From an uncultured Gemmatimonadales bacterium (GTDB lineage: Bacteria; Gemmatimonadota; Gemmatimonadetes; Gemmatimonadales; GWC2-71-9), in the NCBI GenBank assembly GCA_963821525.1, contig CAWGED010000005.1, positions 576,001-640,000 of the forward strand: DNA of 64,000 nt. Direction: 5' to 3'. The notes under the pieces were generated by a model that was not told where the DNA came from, searched no databases, and saw only the letters and a list, made by a program, of their open reading frames with translations. Below are positions 1 through 10,388 of this stretch, piece by piece. A program made the translations under genes and the position numbers. How positions within the stretch are numbered: position 1 is the first letter of the stretch; each line of letters starts with the position of its first letter.

Positions 1-2
1 CG

Positions 3-485
3 AATATTCATCCGACCGCGTTCGTAGCTCCGGGCGCGGTGGTTTTGGGCGACGTGACGCTGGCCAGCGAGTCGAGCGTCTGGTTCGCCGCAGTCCTCCG
101 GGGCGACATGGCGCCGATCTCGATCGGAGAGCAGAGCAATATCCAGGACGGCACCATCGTCCACGTGGACGAGGGCGAGCCCTGCATCGTGGGACCCCGG
201 GTCGGCGTCGGGCACCGGGTGATCCTTCACGGCTGCCGGGTTGAGGAGGAGTGCCTGATCGGAATGGGCAGCATCCTGCTCAACGGTGTGGTGGTGGGGA
301 AGGGGAGTGTCATCGCAGCGGGGGCGGTATTGAAGGAAGGGATGGTGGTGCCGCCCGGGTCGCTGGTGATGGGGGTGCCGGGGAAGGTGGTGCGGCAGGT
401 CGATGAGGAGTTGGCGCGACGGATTGAGGGAACGTGGAGACATTATGTGGGACAGGCGAGACGGTATAAGGGCGGAGCATTGTGA
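3..485 (+). CDS. Gamma carbonic anhydrase family (hexapeptide-repeat) protein, 5' end outside window
   Basis: Frame open from base 3 (NIHPTAFVAPGAVVLGDV...). Motifs LRGD, NIQDGTIVH and GHRVILHGC are typical of YrdA/CaiE-like proteins. Confidence 0.9.
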   Translation, partial: NIHPTAFVAPGAVVLGDVTLASESSVWFAAVLRGDMAPISIGEQSNIQDGTIVHVDEGEPCIVGPRVGVGHRVILHGCRVEEECLIGMGSILLNGVVVGKGSVIAAGAVLKEGMVVPPGSLVMGVPGKVVRQVDEELARRIEGTWRHYVGQARRYKGGAL

Positions 486-486
486 A

Positions 487-668
487 TGGGGAGTAGGGAA
501 TAGGGAGTAGGGAGTAAGGGAGGCTAGGTCCCTCGTCGCTTCGCTCCTCGGGATGAGGTGCACTTTCGCTTCGGCCTGCCTGCAGATGCCGTCGCCTGTC
601 GCTTTTGTCGCCGGTCGCCTTCGAATCGACTAGAACCTCTACACCACAACCCCTACTCCCTACTCCCT
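487..668. repeat. Inverted tandem heptamer arms (GGGAGTA)n ... (TACTCCC)n enclosing a REP-like palindrome
   Basis: gggagta/gggaata x4 at 487-517; ccctactccctactccc at 651-667. Confidence 0.8.
523..561 (-). repeat. REP-like palindromic repeat (catcccgagg.gcgaagcgacgaggga family)
   Basis: Reverse complement matches 18159-18197 at 37 of 39 bases. Confidence 0.8.
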
Positions 669-702
669 TCCACCTCTCTCCCCATCGCAGATCCCGACGT
701 GT

Positions 703-716
703 CCACCACATTTGTG
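703..716 (+). promoter_or_regulatory. Possible NrdR-box-like site upstream of nrdJ
   Basis: CACCACATTTGTG resembles the NrdR box but is one base short. Position upstream of an RNR gene fits. Confidence 0.25.
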
Positions 717-874
717 ATGTGAAAACCCATCTACGGCTAAATTCCGCCACTATCCAGCGTATTGATGCGAGCACCCTGCTTCCGTACCTTTGAACTCCGT
801 TTTTCTTCCCGCTGATCACTTCGTTATCATTCGATCATACCCTTGTGACACTCGTTCGAACGAGTGACAGGCCC

Positions 875-3399
875 ATGGCGACTTCCCCGGCTTCGAAACG
901 CTCCCTGCAACTCTCGCCCAACGCTCTCACCGTGCTGGAAAAGCGCTACCTGATCAAGGATGACGCAGGCCAGCCGGTCGAAGAGGCCGCCGACCTGTTC
1001 TGGCGGGTGGCCCGGACGGTGGCGGAGCCGGATCGCAGATATGGAGCGTCCACCGGCGCCGTCGAGGCCGTGGCCGAGGCGTTCTTCGGTCTGATGGCGA
1101 ACCGGATGTTCATGCCCAACTCGCCGACCCTGATGAATGCGGGCCGGCCCCTGGGGCAGCTCTCCGCCTGCTTCGTCCTGCCGGTCGAGGACACCCTCTC
1201 CAACGGCCGGGACGGCATCTACGACACCCTCCGGGCGATGGCCCTGGTCCACCAGTCGGGCGGAGGGACCGGGTTCTCCTTCTCCCGGCTCCGGCCCAAG
1301 AACGACATCGTCCGCTCCACGATGGGCGTCGCCTCGGGTCCGGTCTCCTTCATGAGCCTGTACGACGCGTCGACCGACGTGGTCAAGCAGGGCGGCACCC
1401 GTCGGGGCGCCAACATGGGCATCCTGCGGGTGGATCATCCGGATATCATGGATTTCATCACCTGCAAGGACGACACGACCAAGATCACCAACTTCAATAT
1501 CTCGGTCGCGGTCACCGACGCCTTCATGGCGGCGGTCGAGGATGATGGTGAGTACGACCTGATCCATCCCAAGACCAAGGAGCCGGTCGGGCAAGCTCAA
1601 GGCCCGGGAGGTCTGGGAGAAGATCATCCACGGCGCCTGGAAGACCGGCGAGCCCGGCGTCTTCTTCATCGACCGCGCCAACTACTACAACCCGGTGCCG
1701 CACCTCGGCGCCTACGAGGCCACCAATCCCTGCGGCGAGCAGCCTCTGCTGCCTTACGACGTCTGCAACCTCGGCTCGATCAACGTCGGGTACTTCGTCA
1801 AGGACGGGGCGATCGACTGGGACCACATGCGGCAGGTGATTCACCTGTCCACCCACTTCCTCGAGAACGTCATCGACGCCAACAACTACCCGTTGGTGGA
1901 GATCGACGAGCTGTCGAAGCGGATCCGGCGCATCGGCCTCGGCGTCATGGGTATGGCGGACCTGCTGGTCCGGCTCGGCATCCCCTACGACTCCGACGAA
2001 GGGGTCGAGATGGGCCGCAAGATCATGAAGTTCGTGGACGACGAGGCCAAGGTGGAGTCGGAGCGCCTCGCCATGCAGCGCGGGGTGTTCTACGAGTGGG
2101 AGAAGAGCATCTGGGGCCTGGACGGCACCTGCGCCCGGAACGAGCTAGGCGAGCGGATCCGTCCCATGAAGCGGCTCCGGAACTGCAACGTCACCACCGT
2201 GGCGCCCACCGGGACCATCTCGATCATCGCCGGGTGCAGCTCGGGGATCGAGCCGCTCTTCGCCGTGGCGTTCATGCGGAACCAGGCCGGCGTCCTGATG
2301 CCCGATGTGAACGAGGACTTCATCGCCATCGCGAAGAAGGAAGGCTGGTACTCCGACGAGCTGATGCAGCGGATCGCCGGCCACCGGATCGATCGTCTTC
2401 GACGAAGTGCCGGAGAAGTGGCAGCGGGTCTTCACCACCGCGAACGACATCAAGCCGGAGTGGCACATCCGGATGCAGGCGGCGTTCCAGGAATACAACG
2501 ACTCGGCGATCTCCAAGACCTGCAACTTCGCCCACGACGCGTCGGAGGAGTACGTCGAGGAGATCTATCGCCTCGCCTACAAGCTCAACTGCAAAGGCGT
2601 CACGGTCTATCGCGACGGCAGCCGGGACATGCAGGTCTTGTCGACTGGCTCCACAGCAAAGAAGGTTGTCGAAGCGGTCGGACAGGGCGGGCAACAATCG
2701 TCCGACTCGTCCGTCTCGACCGCCCCGTCCGTCCGCGACAATGCTGACCTCCACGGCGAGCTCGCAGAAATTCGGGCCGAAAATGAGCGACTCCGCCGGA
2801 TCGTCCACGACCTCGAGGCCGAGAACCTCCAGCGGCGCCAGAAGCGGTCGCGGCCCGAGACGCTGAAGGGCGTCACCCGCCGGGTCGAGACGCCGCTGGG
2901 CACGCTCTACGTCACCATCACCGAAGACGACCGGGGTCAGGCGTTCGAGGTCTTCATGAGCCTCGGCAAGGCCGGCGGCGCGTTGATGGCGGACGTCGAA
3001 GCGATGGGCCGGCTCATCAGCCTGGCGCTCCGCTCGGGGATCCCGATGCGGGAACTCCACCGCCAGCTCCGCGGCATCAGCTCCGACCGGGTCATGGGCC
3101 TGGGACCGAACAAGGTCCTCTCGGTGCCGGACGCGGTCGGCATCGCGATGGAGAAGTGGATGCAGGAGAAGAATGGGATTCAGCAGGAACTGCTTCCCAG
3201 CGTCAACACCGGCGAATATCCGGTCATCGAGCTGGTCCAGCGGCCGCTATCTCCTGAAGGGATTGCCGCCGAGGCGGAGCAGATGGGCCTCGCCATCGGC
3301 CCGACGCTGACGGGTGCCTGCCCCGACTGCGGCTCGCAGCTGGAGTTTGCCGAGGGGTGCATGAAGTGTCACGTGTGCGGATTCAGCGAATGCGGGTAG
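875..3399 (+). CDS. nrdJ: Class II (adenosylcobalamin-dependent) ribonucleotide reductase with C-terminal TSCPD and zinc-ribbon region; two apparent frameshifts (~1590, ~2380)
   Basis: Three consecutive frames carry [49 protein letters not shown] and terminal CPDCG...[10 protein letters not shown]. Confidence 0.93.
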
Positions 3400-3497
3400 G
3401 GGCGACCCTCGTGGTCGCCTAGGCAGGGCGGGCACAAGACCCGCCCGAACGGTGAACGGTGAACGGGCCGAAGGGGCGACCCTTGTGGTCGCCCGGG
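3396..3497. repeat. GTAG-type REP cluster (GTAGGGGCGACCCTCGTGGTCGCC and a second copy)
   Basis: Palindromes ggcgacc-N-ggtcgcc at ~3400 and ~3475, plus gggcggg-N-cccgccc. The GTAG overlaps the nrdJ stop. Confidence 0.75.
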
Positions 3498-3519
3498 GCT
3501 TAACGTAGAACCAGATCGC

Positions 3520-3592
3520 TGTCATTCCGAGGGTCCCCTGAGCAAAGCGAAGGGACCCGAGAGCCTGCCCTGAGCGTAGCGAAGGGAATCTC
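3520..3592 (+). repeat. Composite REP-like element (tgtcattccgag ... cctgagc-N-gcgaaggg x2 ... gaatctc)
   Basis: Ends match the 19156-19183 element (tgtcattccgag...gaatctc). Confidence 0.7.
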
Positions 3593-3659
3593 AAAGGTAG
3601 GCACGCAGCAAGAACAGCAGTTTAAAACCGACAGCTAAACCACTGATGGACCAGGAAAT

Positions 3660-3695
3660 CAGACGGGGCGGCCAGGCGGTCGCCCCGTTCTGTTG
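3660..3695 (+). terminator. Putative intrinsic terminator hairpin
   Basis: acggggcggcc-aggc-ggtcgccccgt followed by tctgttgt. Confidence 0.45.
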
Positions 3696-3708
3696 TGCGA
3701 AACGAGAC

Positions 3709-4569
3709 ATGCGCCCTGTTCTGTACTTAGATACGAACCATATCTCAGAGATTGCACGTCACCCGGATCGTGCGGATTCCCAGCCAGTAGTAGCGGCTCT
3801 ACAGGGCAGCCGTGCTGCGCTGGCCATAACGCTCATCCATTTCGTGGAGCTGTCAGATCCTGGCTTCTCGAGCTTCACCGCAGTACGAGATCTGCTTCGC
3901 AGTGTGCCCGTGGCATGGACTGGCAGCACAACTGAGGTCTGGGATTCGGAGATCGCTGTTGCATGCGCTCGGGCACGCGGTATAACACGTGAACCACCCC
4001 GAGTGTTCCATAAGGACGCACTTGACTGGAGTCGCGGACCCTCACCAACAAGCGATGACGCCGGTACTTTCTTGGAGGACCTCGTCAAACAATCTGAATT
4101 GCGAGAGGGATTGTTGGATGTGGCCAAAGAGGCCGGCACAAGTGTCGATGATCAAGACTGAAGCGGTACTTGTGAAGGAACCGGTGTTCCCTCTTAGGAT
4201 TGGCGTGCAAGATCACCTTGATTCATGGCGCGCCCGTAACTGGGACTATGCTCTCGGGTTGGATGCCGATGACATCATCCGAAGTGCCGGTGGCCCTCCA
4301 GGTTTTCCTTCGCTGCATACCTATCACTCGACTCTTAGGGGCGATTGAAGCAGCAGTCGAAAAGCACCAAAAATGATGTGTTTGATGAATATCACGCGGC
4401 GTATGCGCCTTATGCAGCTGTTACAGCGCTCGATCGTGCTACAGTGTCGCTACTCAAAGCTGCTGGGCTGAACGTGGTACACCGAGTGACGTCGTTTCTT
4501 AGCGACGTACCAGGGATACTGGAAAGAGTGGAGCGAGGTGCAATCACTCCCGTCGCCTCAGCAACGTGA
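3709..4569 (+). CDS. Hypothetical PIN-like domain protein split by two frameshifts (~4140, ~4340); lower GC than neighbours
   Basis: N-terminal LYLDTN and C-terminal NDVFDEYHAAYAPY..ALDR in consecutive frames. Confidence 0.55.
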
Positions 4570-4614
4570 TGATGCCAACACCTGTGCCCATTCTCAAATC
4601 CTTTCGAGTGCACT

Positions 4615-5109
4615 ATGACAATCGGCCAATCTCTCCTCCCCGAATTCGATCAGGAAATGATGCTGACTCGCAGGCTCCTGGAACGGGTGCCGAGCGAAAA
4701 GGTCCAGTGGAAGCCGCATCCGAAATCGTTCCCCCTGGGGCACCTGTCCCAACTGGTGGCGTGGATCCCGGGCTGGATCACCAACACCCTGCGCAAACCC
4801 GAGCTGGACCTCGCGGCCGGCGGCGGCGGTTACTCCTTCGAGACCACCGACAACCTGGTCAAGCTGCTGGACGAGAACGTTCGCGGCGCGCGCGAGGCGC
4901 TGGCCGAGGTGAATGATGCGACCTTCGCGCAGCCCTGGTCGCTCAAGATGGGCGAGAAAGTTTTGTTCAGCGCGCCGAAAGGCGTCGTGGTGCGGAACCA
5001 CATCAGCCATCTGGTGCACCATCGCGGACAGCTCACGGTCTATCTGCGCCTGCTGGATGTGCCGCTGCCGGTGATCTATGGGCCGACCGCCGACGAGAAG
5101 CCCTGGTAA
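4615..5109 (+). CDS. DinB/YfiT family protein
   Basis: WKPHPKS, HLVHHRGQLTVYLRL, YGPTAD motifs. Confidence 0.9.
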   Translation: MTIGQSLLPEFDQEMMLTRRLLERVPSEKVQWKPHPKSFPLGHLSQLVAWIPGWITNTLRKPELDLAAGGGGYSFETTDNLVKLLDENVRGAREALAEVNDATFAQPWSLKMGEKVLFSAPKGVVVRNHISHLVHHRGQLTVYLRLLDVPLPVIYGPTADEKPW

Positions 5110-5227
5110 TGTCGCCCACTCGACGCGAAGTCCTGACCCAGCTCGCCGCCGTCGCCGTCCTCCCGCTTCGTGGCTGGGTCCGGACCGACCAGGACCCGCT
5201 CGACGGCACCATCGCCGACTATCAGGC
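5109..5227 (+). pseudogene. Truncated duplicate of the amidase 5' end (119 bp direct repeat of 7952-8070)
   Basis: 116/119 identity to 7952-8070; ATG overlaps the dinB stop (TAATG). Confidence 0.85.
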
Positions 5228-5304
5228 GAGGGGATCCTCATCGGCGTGCTGGTTTGTGCTGCGGCCGGCGTTCGGGATCGTGACAGCGGCCGCAGCCCCG
5301 GACC

Positions 5305-6927
5305 TCACGCGTACACCGGGTACGCCGCGTCATACATGTGGCGCCGGATCTCACCCCGGACATCCGCCGGCCTCGGGGCACGTGCCAGTCCCTCGGCCCA
5401 GGCGACCTCGGCCACCGCCTCCGCGATCGCCGCCGAGACCTGGCGGATGTCGCGGAGCCGCGGAAAGAGGAGGCCGCTGTCGAGCGACGCCTGACTCACG
5501 CCCGTGGCGAGCGTCCGGGCCGCGGCATGGAACATCGCATCGGTCACCCGTTTCGCCCGCGCGACGATCAGTCCGAGACCCACCCCAGGGAAGATGTACG
5601 CGTTGTTGCCCTGGCCCGGTACCAGCGTCCGCTCTCCCAGCCGCACCGGCTCAAACGGGCTGCCGCTGGCGAACACCGCGCGCCCCTCCGACCATTGATA
5701 AGCCTCCAGGGCGGTGCACTCCGACTTGCTGGTCGGATTGGAAAGCGGAAAGATGAGGGGCCGGGCGTTGATCCGCGCCATCGCCCGGATCACCGGTTCC
5801 GTAAAGGTCCGGGGCTGCGCCGACACGCCGACGATGGCGGTGGGCCGGAGCGACTCGACGGCGGCCAGCAGGTCGGCCGCCGGCGAGTGATCATGGGCGT
5901 AGGGCAGTTTGTACTCCGCCAGCCCGGTCCGGCTCTGAACCACCAGGCCGCGGGAATCCAAGAACCAGCAATGGGTCCGCGCCTCCGCCAGCGGGATCCC
6001 CTCACGCACCATGGCGGAGACGATCAGGTCCGCGATCCCCGTCGCCGCCGACCCCGCCCCCAGAAACAGCACCCGCTGCTCGGTGATCGGCTGCCCGGTG
6101 ATCCGCGCGGCGGAGAGCAACCCGGCCAGCGTCACGGCGGCCGTACCCTGGATGTCGTCGTTGAAGCAGCAGACCCGGTCTCGGAAGCGCGCCAACAGGT
6201 GGATGGCGTTCTCCGTCGCGAAGTCCTCGAACTGAATGACCGCCTCCGGGAAGACCTCCTGCACCGCCACCACGAACTCCTCCACCAGCTCGTCATAGGG
6301 GACCCCGCGCACCCGCTCCTGCAGCAATCCCAGATACAGCGGGTCGTTCCGGATCCCGGCCTGGTTGGTGCCCACATCGATGGTCACCGGAAGGCACCGG
6401 GCCGGATGCACGCCAGCACAGGCGGTGTACAGCGACAGCTTTCCGATCGGGATCCCCATGCCGTTGGCGCCGAGGTCCCCCAGGCCCAGAATCCGCTCAC
6501 CATCGGTCACGACAATCATGCCGATGTTCCGCTCCGGCCAGTTCTCGAGAATCCGCTTGACCCGGCCCCGGTCCAGGTCGGTGACGTAGAGCCCGCGAGG
6601 CCGACGGAAGATGTGCCCGAACTTGACGCACGCCTCGCCGACCGTCGGGGTGTAGATGATTGGCATCATCTCCTCGACATGCTCCATCACCGTCCGGTAG
6701 AACAGATGTTCGTTCCGGTCCATGAGACTGATGAGGTAGATGTACTGCTCGAGCGCACTCGATTTCTGCCGGAAGTTCTCGAGGATTCTGGCCTGCTGCT
6801 CTACCTGGGTGCTCACCCGCGGGGGCAGGAGGCCGCGAAGCCCGAGTGCGTCTCGCTCGGCATCCGTGAAGCCGGTGCCCTTGTTGCGCTGGGGGTCGTG
6901 CAGGTAATCGAACGCGGAGAGGGACAT
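5305..6927 (-). CDS. maeA: NAD-dependent malic enzyme
   Basis: NKGTGFT, LRGLLPP, IIYTPTVG, VTDGERILGLGDLG, FNDDIQGT, GAGSA, LSNPT, GQGNN motifs. Confidence 0.95.
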   Translation of the reverse strand: MSLSAFDYLHDPQRNKGTGFTDAERDALGLRGLLPPRVSTQVEQQARILENFRQKSSALEQYIYLISLMDRNEHLFYRTVMEHVEEMMPIIYTPTVGEACVKFGHIFRRPRGLYVTDLDRGRVKRILENWPERNIGMIVVTDGERILGLGDLGANGMGIPIGKLSLYTACAGVHPARCLPVTIDVGTNQAGIRNDPLYLGLLQERVRGVPYDELVEEFVVAVQEVFPEAVIQFEDFATENAIHLLARFRDRVCCFNDDIQGTAAVTLAGLLSAARITGQPITEQRVLFLGAGSAATGIADLIVSAMVREGIPLAEARTHCWFLDSRGLVVQSRTGLAEYKLPYAHDHSPAADLLAAVESLRPTAIVGVSAQPRTFTEPVIRAMARINARPLIFPLSNPTSKSECTALEAYQWSEGRAVFASGSPFEPVRLGERTLVPGQGNNAYIFPGVGLGLIVARAKRVTDAMFHAAARTLATGVSQASLDSGLLFPRLRDIRQVSAAIAEAVAEVAWAEGLARAPRPADVRGEIRRHMYDAAYPVYA

Positions 6928-6954
6928 GGTTGAGGTCGTCCTTTGAGGTTGTCG

Positions 6955-7014
6955 GTAATCAGCTATCAGGTTCTGCAATCAGGTATCAGGCATCAGGAAT
7001 CAGGTATCAGGTAC
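6955..7014. repeat. Tandem heptamer array (AGGTATC-like)n, unpaired
   Basis: aggtatc aggcatc aggaatc aggtatc. Confidence 0.7.
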
Positions 7015-7029
7015 CCCGGCGACGCAATC

Positions 7030-7538
7030 GCCTTCCTCATCCCGAGTCGATCCCGCGCTCCATCGGTCCGTACGCGTGGCACCCGAGCGGCAGACGACTC
7101 TCCGAATGGCTGCTGGCGAATCCCTCGCGGCCTGTTTACTTATTTCTCATCCACGCGACAAGTAGCTGGCCCCCGACGGAGCGGGAGCCACCCCGCGCGG
7201 GCGAAGTCGTAGGTGAAGAGCGCGAGGTGGCCAGACCCAACTCCCCGCGGCATCCGGTGCCCGCCAGCTGGGCTTCGAATCTCTGCGCGCCGATCGTCGA
7301 ATCGCCCTCGACCCCGGCGAGAGCCACGGCCACGACAGATGTGAATACGAAATCCGCCTGGTCCCCGGATGGGAAGTGGCAGGATTCCCGCCTGGCGGAG
7401 AAGAGCACGAGCGGATTGCGGTCCCGAGTGTGGAGGCCGGGAGTCGAGCGCGCTAGAGACTTCAGCCCAACTCCCGGCGATGGAAGATCCGCCTCGCCTA
7501 TGGCACTGACGATGACCGCGCCTCGAAGAACCGCGTGA
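7030..7538 (+). pseudogene. Degenerate TolB/PD40-like beta-propeller remnant
   Basis: YAWHPSGRRL and SAWSPDGKW motifs in an otherwise garbled frame. Confidence 0.3.
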
Positions 7539-7654
7539 GAAGTAAGAAATGAGACGTGCGAGGTTCGCTGCGTCAGATGTCGGAGAGTGACAACTGAGAG
7601 GGTTCTGCAGCGAGGGCAGGTCCATATCTCACGTCTTACTACTCACGTCTCACG
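7535..7654. repeat. Inverted heptamer arms (TGAGACG-like)n ... (TCTCACG-like)n
   Basis: tgagaag taagaaa tgagacg at 7536; tctcacg ... actcacg tctcacg at 7627-7654. Confidence 0.7.
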
Positions 7655-7726
7655 TTTTTAAGACTGGATGACCCCGTCGCCCCGGTGGAACCTCCCGGCA
7701 TGGTTTCCCTTGCCGAATGGCCACAT

Positions 7727-7841
7727 GTGCCCAAGCGCAACGATGGATGCGTAAGAAGCGTCAGAAGGACGCTTCCCAAATTGCAAGGAGCGACGAGCTG
7801 AAGGTGCAGATCAAGGCGGAACGCGCCGCCCTCCCGGAGTA
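7727..7841 (+). pseudogene. Degenerate copy of the small basic protein gene at 10218-10379
   Basis: gtgcccaagcgcaac...gaagcgtcagaagga aligns with 10218 onward but contains indels. Confidence 0.65.
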
Positions 7842-7951
7842 GGATCCGCACTCTGTACCCTGACCGTCGTACCCTCCCTCCGGAGGCTCTGTTCGGTATT
7901 CTGCAGATCCGAGGCCCGCACCCTTTCGAACACACACCAGCAGCCGGGGGC

Positions 7952-9535
7952 ATGTCGCCGACCCGACGCGAAGTCCTGGCCCAGCTCGCCGCCGTCGCCG
8001 TCCTCCCGCTTCGTGGCTGGGTCCGGACCGACCAGGACCCGCTCGACGGCACCATCGCCGACTATCAGGCCGGCCGCCGGCGCGGGGAGTGGACCGCCCT
8101 CGAGGTCACGACCCGGGCACTCGAACGCTGTCGCGCCGAGGGGATGAGATGGCGCGCGATCGACGTCCTCTCGCCTTCTGCCCTGGACGAGGCGCGCGCA
8201 GCCGACGCCCGCCTGCGCGCCGGCACGATGCACGGACCGCTCGACGGCGTCCCGGTGTTCGCCAAGGCGATCTACGACATGCAGGGGCTGCCGACTACCG
8301 GATCCAACGCCGATTGGGCGCGGCTTTTCCCGGAGCTGCTGCGCCGCGACGCGCTCGAGGTGTCGCGACTCCGTGCGGCGGGTGCCATCGTCCTCGGGAA
8401 GACTGCCGCCGACGACTTCGCCTACCACGGCAACGGCACCAGCAGCCACACCGGCCAGGTGCTGAATCCGCACGATCCGACCGGCACCAAGACACCGGGA
8501 GGATCCAGCGCCGGCACGGCGGTCGCGGTCGCGGCCGGAATGGCCTTCGCGGGACTCGGCACCGACGACGGCGGCTCCAACCGCATCCCGGCGCAGTTCA
8601 CCGGAGTCGTCGGGATGAAGCCGACCTTCGGCCTCGTCCCGCGCACCGGGGTGATCCCGACCTGGCCCTACCTCGATACCCACGGGCCGCTCGCCCGCAC
8701 GGTCGCGGATGCGGCACTCCTCCTCGCCGCGATCGCGGGGCCGGACCGGTCGGACCCGCTGGCGCTCACCGGCAAGTGGGACAGCGCTCCGCTCCTGACG
8801 CTGCGCGACGACGCACTTGCCGGCGTGCGGCTCGGACTGGTGGAGGCGCATGTCCCGCGCAAGCAGATGACGGCGGAGGCGCTCGCGATGTGGGACCGAG
8901 CGGTAGGCGACCTCCGCGCGGCCGGTGCCGTGGTCGAGCCCTTCACGCCGGCGGTAACGCTTGCGACCTACCGGAGTGCCTTCGCCGCGGCCTCGGGCCG
9001 CCGCGGCGACGTGGTCGGCGACCCCAAGGCGCCGGCTCCCACGGCCAACGCGCTCTATCACTACTTCGCTCGGCGCACCAGCAAAGCTCGAGAGGCGGTG
9101 CGCCAGGGCTACCCGGCCTACCGCGCCTTCTACGACGTGCTGCCCGAGACCTTCGAAGAGTGCGAACCGCTGCTCGACCAGCCACTCACCGGGGACCAGG
9201 CGGGGAGTGCCTTCGCCCGCTCCCGCGCCGAGGTCGTGGCAATGTTGGCGGAGTCGATGGGTGCGGCCGGTGTCGCGGCGATGGTGTATCCCACCATGCC
9301 CTTCAACGCTCCCCGCGTCGTCGATGACTGGCCGGACATCCGCACCACGCTCGGTTACGGCAACTGGCTCGGCTTGCCCGAGGTCTCGGTTCCCGCGGGG
9401 TTCGGTGCGGATGGGATGCCGGCGATGAACCTCTCAGTAGTGGGGCTTCCGGGCGAGGATGCGCGAGTGCTGGCACTGGCGCATGGGTATGAGCGGCAGT
9501 CGCGGCGGTTCGTCGCGCCGGCGAGAGCGGGGTGA
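7952..9535 (+). CDS. Amidase signature family protein with Tat-like signal
   Basis: TRREVL N-terminus; GPLDGVP, PGGSSAG, GTDDGGSNRIPA, GVVGMKPT motifs. Confidence 0.9.
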   Translation: MSPTRREVLAQLAAVAVLPLRGWVRTDQDPLDGTIADYQAGRRRGEWTALEVTTRALERCRAEGMRWRAIDVLSPSALDEARAADARLRAGTMHGPLDGVPVFAKAIYDMQGLPTTGSNADWARLFPELLRRDALEVSRLRAAGAIVLGKTAADDFAYHGNGTSSHTGQVLNPHDPTGTKTPGGSSAGTAVAVAAGMAFAGLGTDDGGSNRIPAQFTGVVGMKPTFGLVPRTGVIPTWPYLDTHGPLARTVADAALLLAAIAGPDRSDPLALTGKWDSAPLLTLRDDALAGVRLGLVEAHVPRKQMTAEALAMWDRAVGDLRAAGAVVEPFTPAVTLATYRSAFAAASGRRGDVVGDPKAPAPTANALYHYFARRTSKAREAVRQGYPAYRAFYDVLPETFEECEPLLDQPLTGDQAGSAFARSRAEVVAMLAESMGAAGVAAMVYPTMPFNAPRVVDDWPDIRTTLGYGNWLGLPEVSVPAGFGADGMPAMNLSVVGLPGEDARVLALAHGYERQSRRFVAPARAG

Positions 9536-10089
9536 CCATGTCCCTCCAACTCCGCTCCCCCGGCTACGCCAGCGCTCAACTCCTCACGTCCGTGGAGCGG
9601 ATCCTGAGCAGCACCGCGCTCTGCTCCATGGCGACGACCAGCGAAGCGGGCACGGTGGACATCAACACCGCGTTCTTCGCAGTGGGGTCGGATCTGCTGC
9701 TGTACTTCCTCTCGCACCCCAACGCGGCCCACTCCCGGAACCTCACTCATATCCCTGTGATGGCGATGACGGTGTTCGACTCCCATCAGGAGTGGGGACG
9801 GCCCCATCTTGGGCTGCAGTTGTTCGGTAACGCAGAGCGCGTTGCCTCGACCATGGTGGAGCAGGCCCGCGCGTTTTACGCCGCGCGCTTCACAGGCTAC
9901 TTCGATCGTGTGGTCAGGGCGGAAGAGTCGGGTGGAACCGCAGAGGCGGGGGTGGTCGGACTGCAGCTCTACGTCTTCACTCCGACGCGGCTCAAGCTGC
10001 TGGACGAGCCGACGTTCGGGGACGGGGTATTCATCCCAGTGGAGGTGGTGCGGGCTACAATCTCCGCCCCGTCGTCAGCACCACACTGA
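9532..10089 (+). CDS. Pyridoxamine 5'-phosphate oxidase-like (YhbP-type) FMN-binding protein
   Basis: LLYFLSHPNAAHSRNL and GLQLFG split-barrel pattern; overlaps the amidase stop. Confidence 0.65.
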   Translation: MTMSLQLRSPGYASAQLLTSVERILSSTALCSMATTSEAGTVDINTAFFAVGSDLLLYFLSHPNAAHSRNLTHIPVMAMTVFDSHQEWGRPHLGLQLFGNAERVASTMVEQARAFYAARFTGYFDRVVRAEESGGTAEAGVVGLQLYVFTPTRLKLLDEPTFGDGVFIPVEVVRATISAPSSAPH

Positions 10090-10217
10090 ACCTCGCCTTC
10101 CCACTCATCATCCGGCGCCCTTCTCACCTCTCACATCTCACTTCTCACGCTTTTCAGCTAGATTACCCCGTCGCTCGATTAGCCCCCGGGCCCCTCATCC
10201 CCGTGCCGAAAGGCCAT

Positions 10218-10379
10218 GTGCCCAAGCGCAACTATGGATTCGAGAAGCGTCAGAAGGAGCTTGCCAAACTCCAGAAACGCGAGCAGAAGGCTCAGCGGCG
10301 GGCGGAGCGAGCCGCCAGTCCCGAGGAGCCGGAGCTGGAGGTTCAACCCACCGACCCTTCCGTTCCTCCAGAGGAGTGA
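10218..10379 (+). CDS. Small basic hypothetical protein, 53 aa (MPKRNYGFEKRQKELAKLQKREQKAQRR...)
   Basis: Manual translation from GTG at 10218 to TGA at 10377-10379; charged helical N-terminus; a degenerate paralog lies at ~7727. Confidence 0.6.
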   Translation: MPKRNYGFEKRQKELAKLQKREQKAQRRAERAASPEEPELEVQPTDPSVPPEE

Positions 10380-10388
10380 GGGGCAGAA

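Noticed and set aside
560..870. Cobalamin riboswitch upstream of nrdJ
   Set aside because: No recognisable B12-box or conserved riboswitch core. An Infernal search would be needed to exclude it fully.
875..3399. Intein or intron in nrdJ
   Set aside because: Joined length (~840 aa) is normal and no splicing motifs or extra segment were seen.
5109..5756. 215-aa ORF as a second amidase
   Set aside because: Only the first 40 codons match the amidase; the rest is antisense to the malic enzyme gene.
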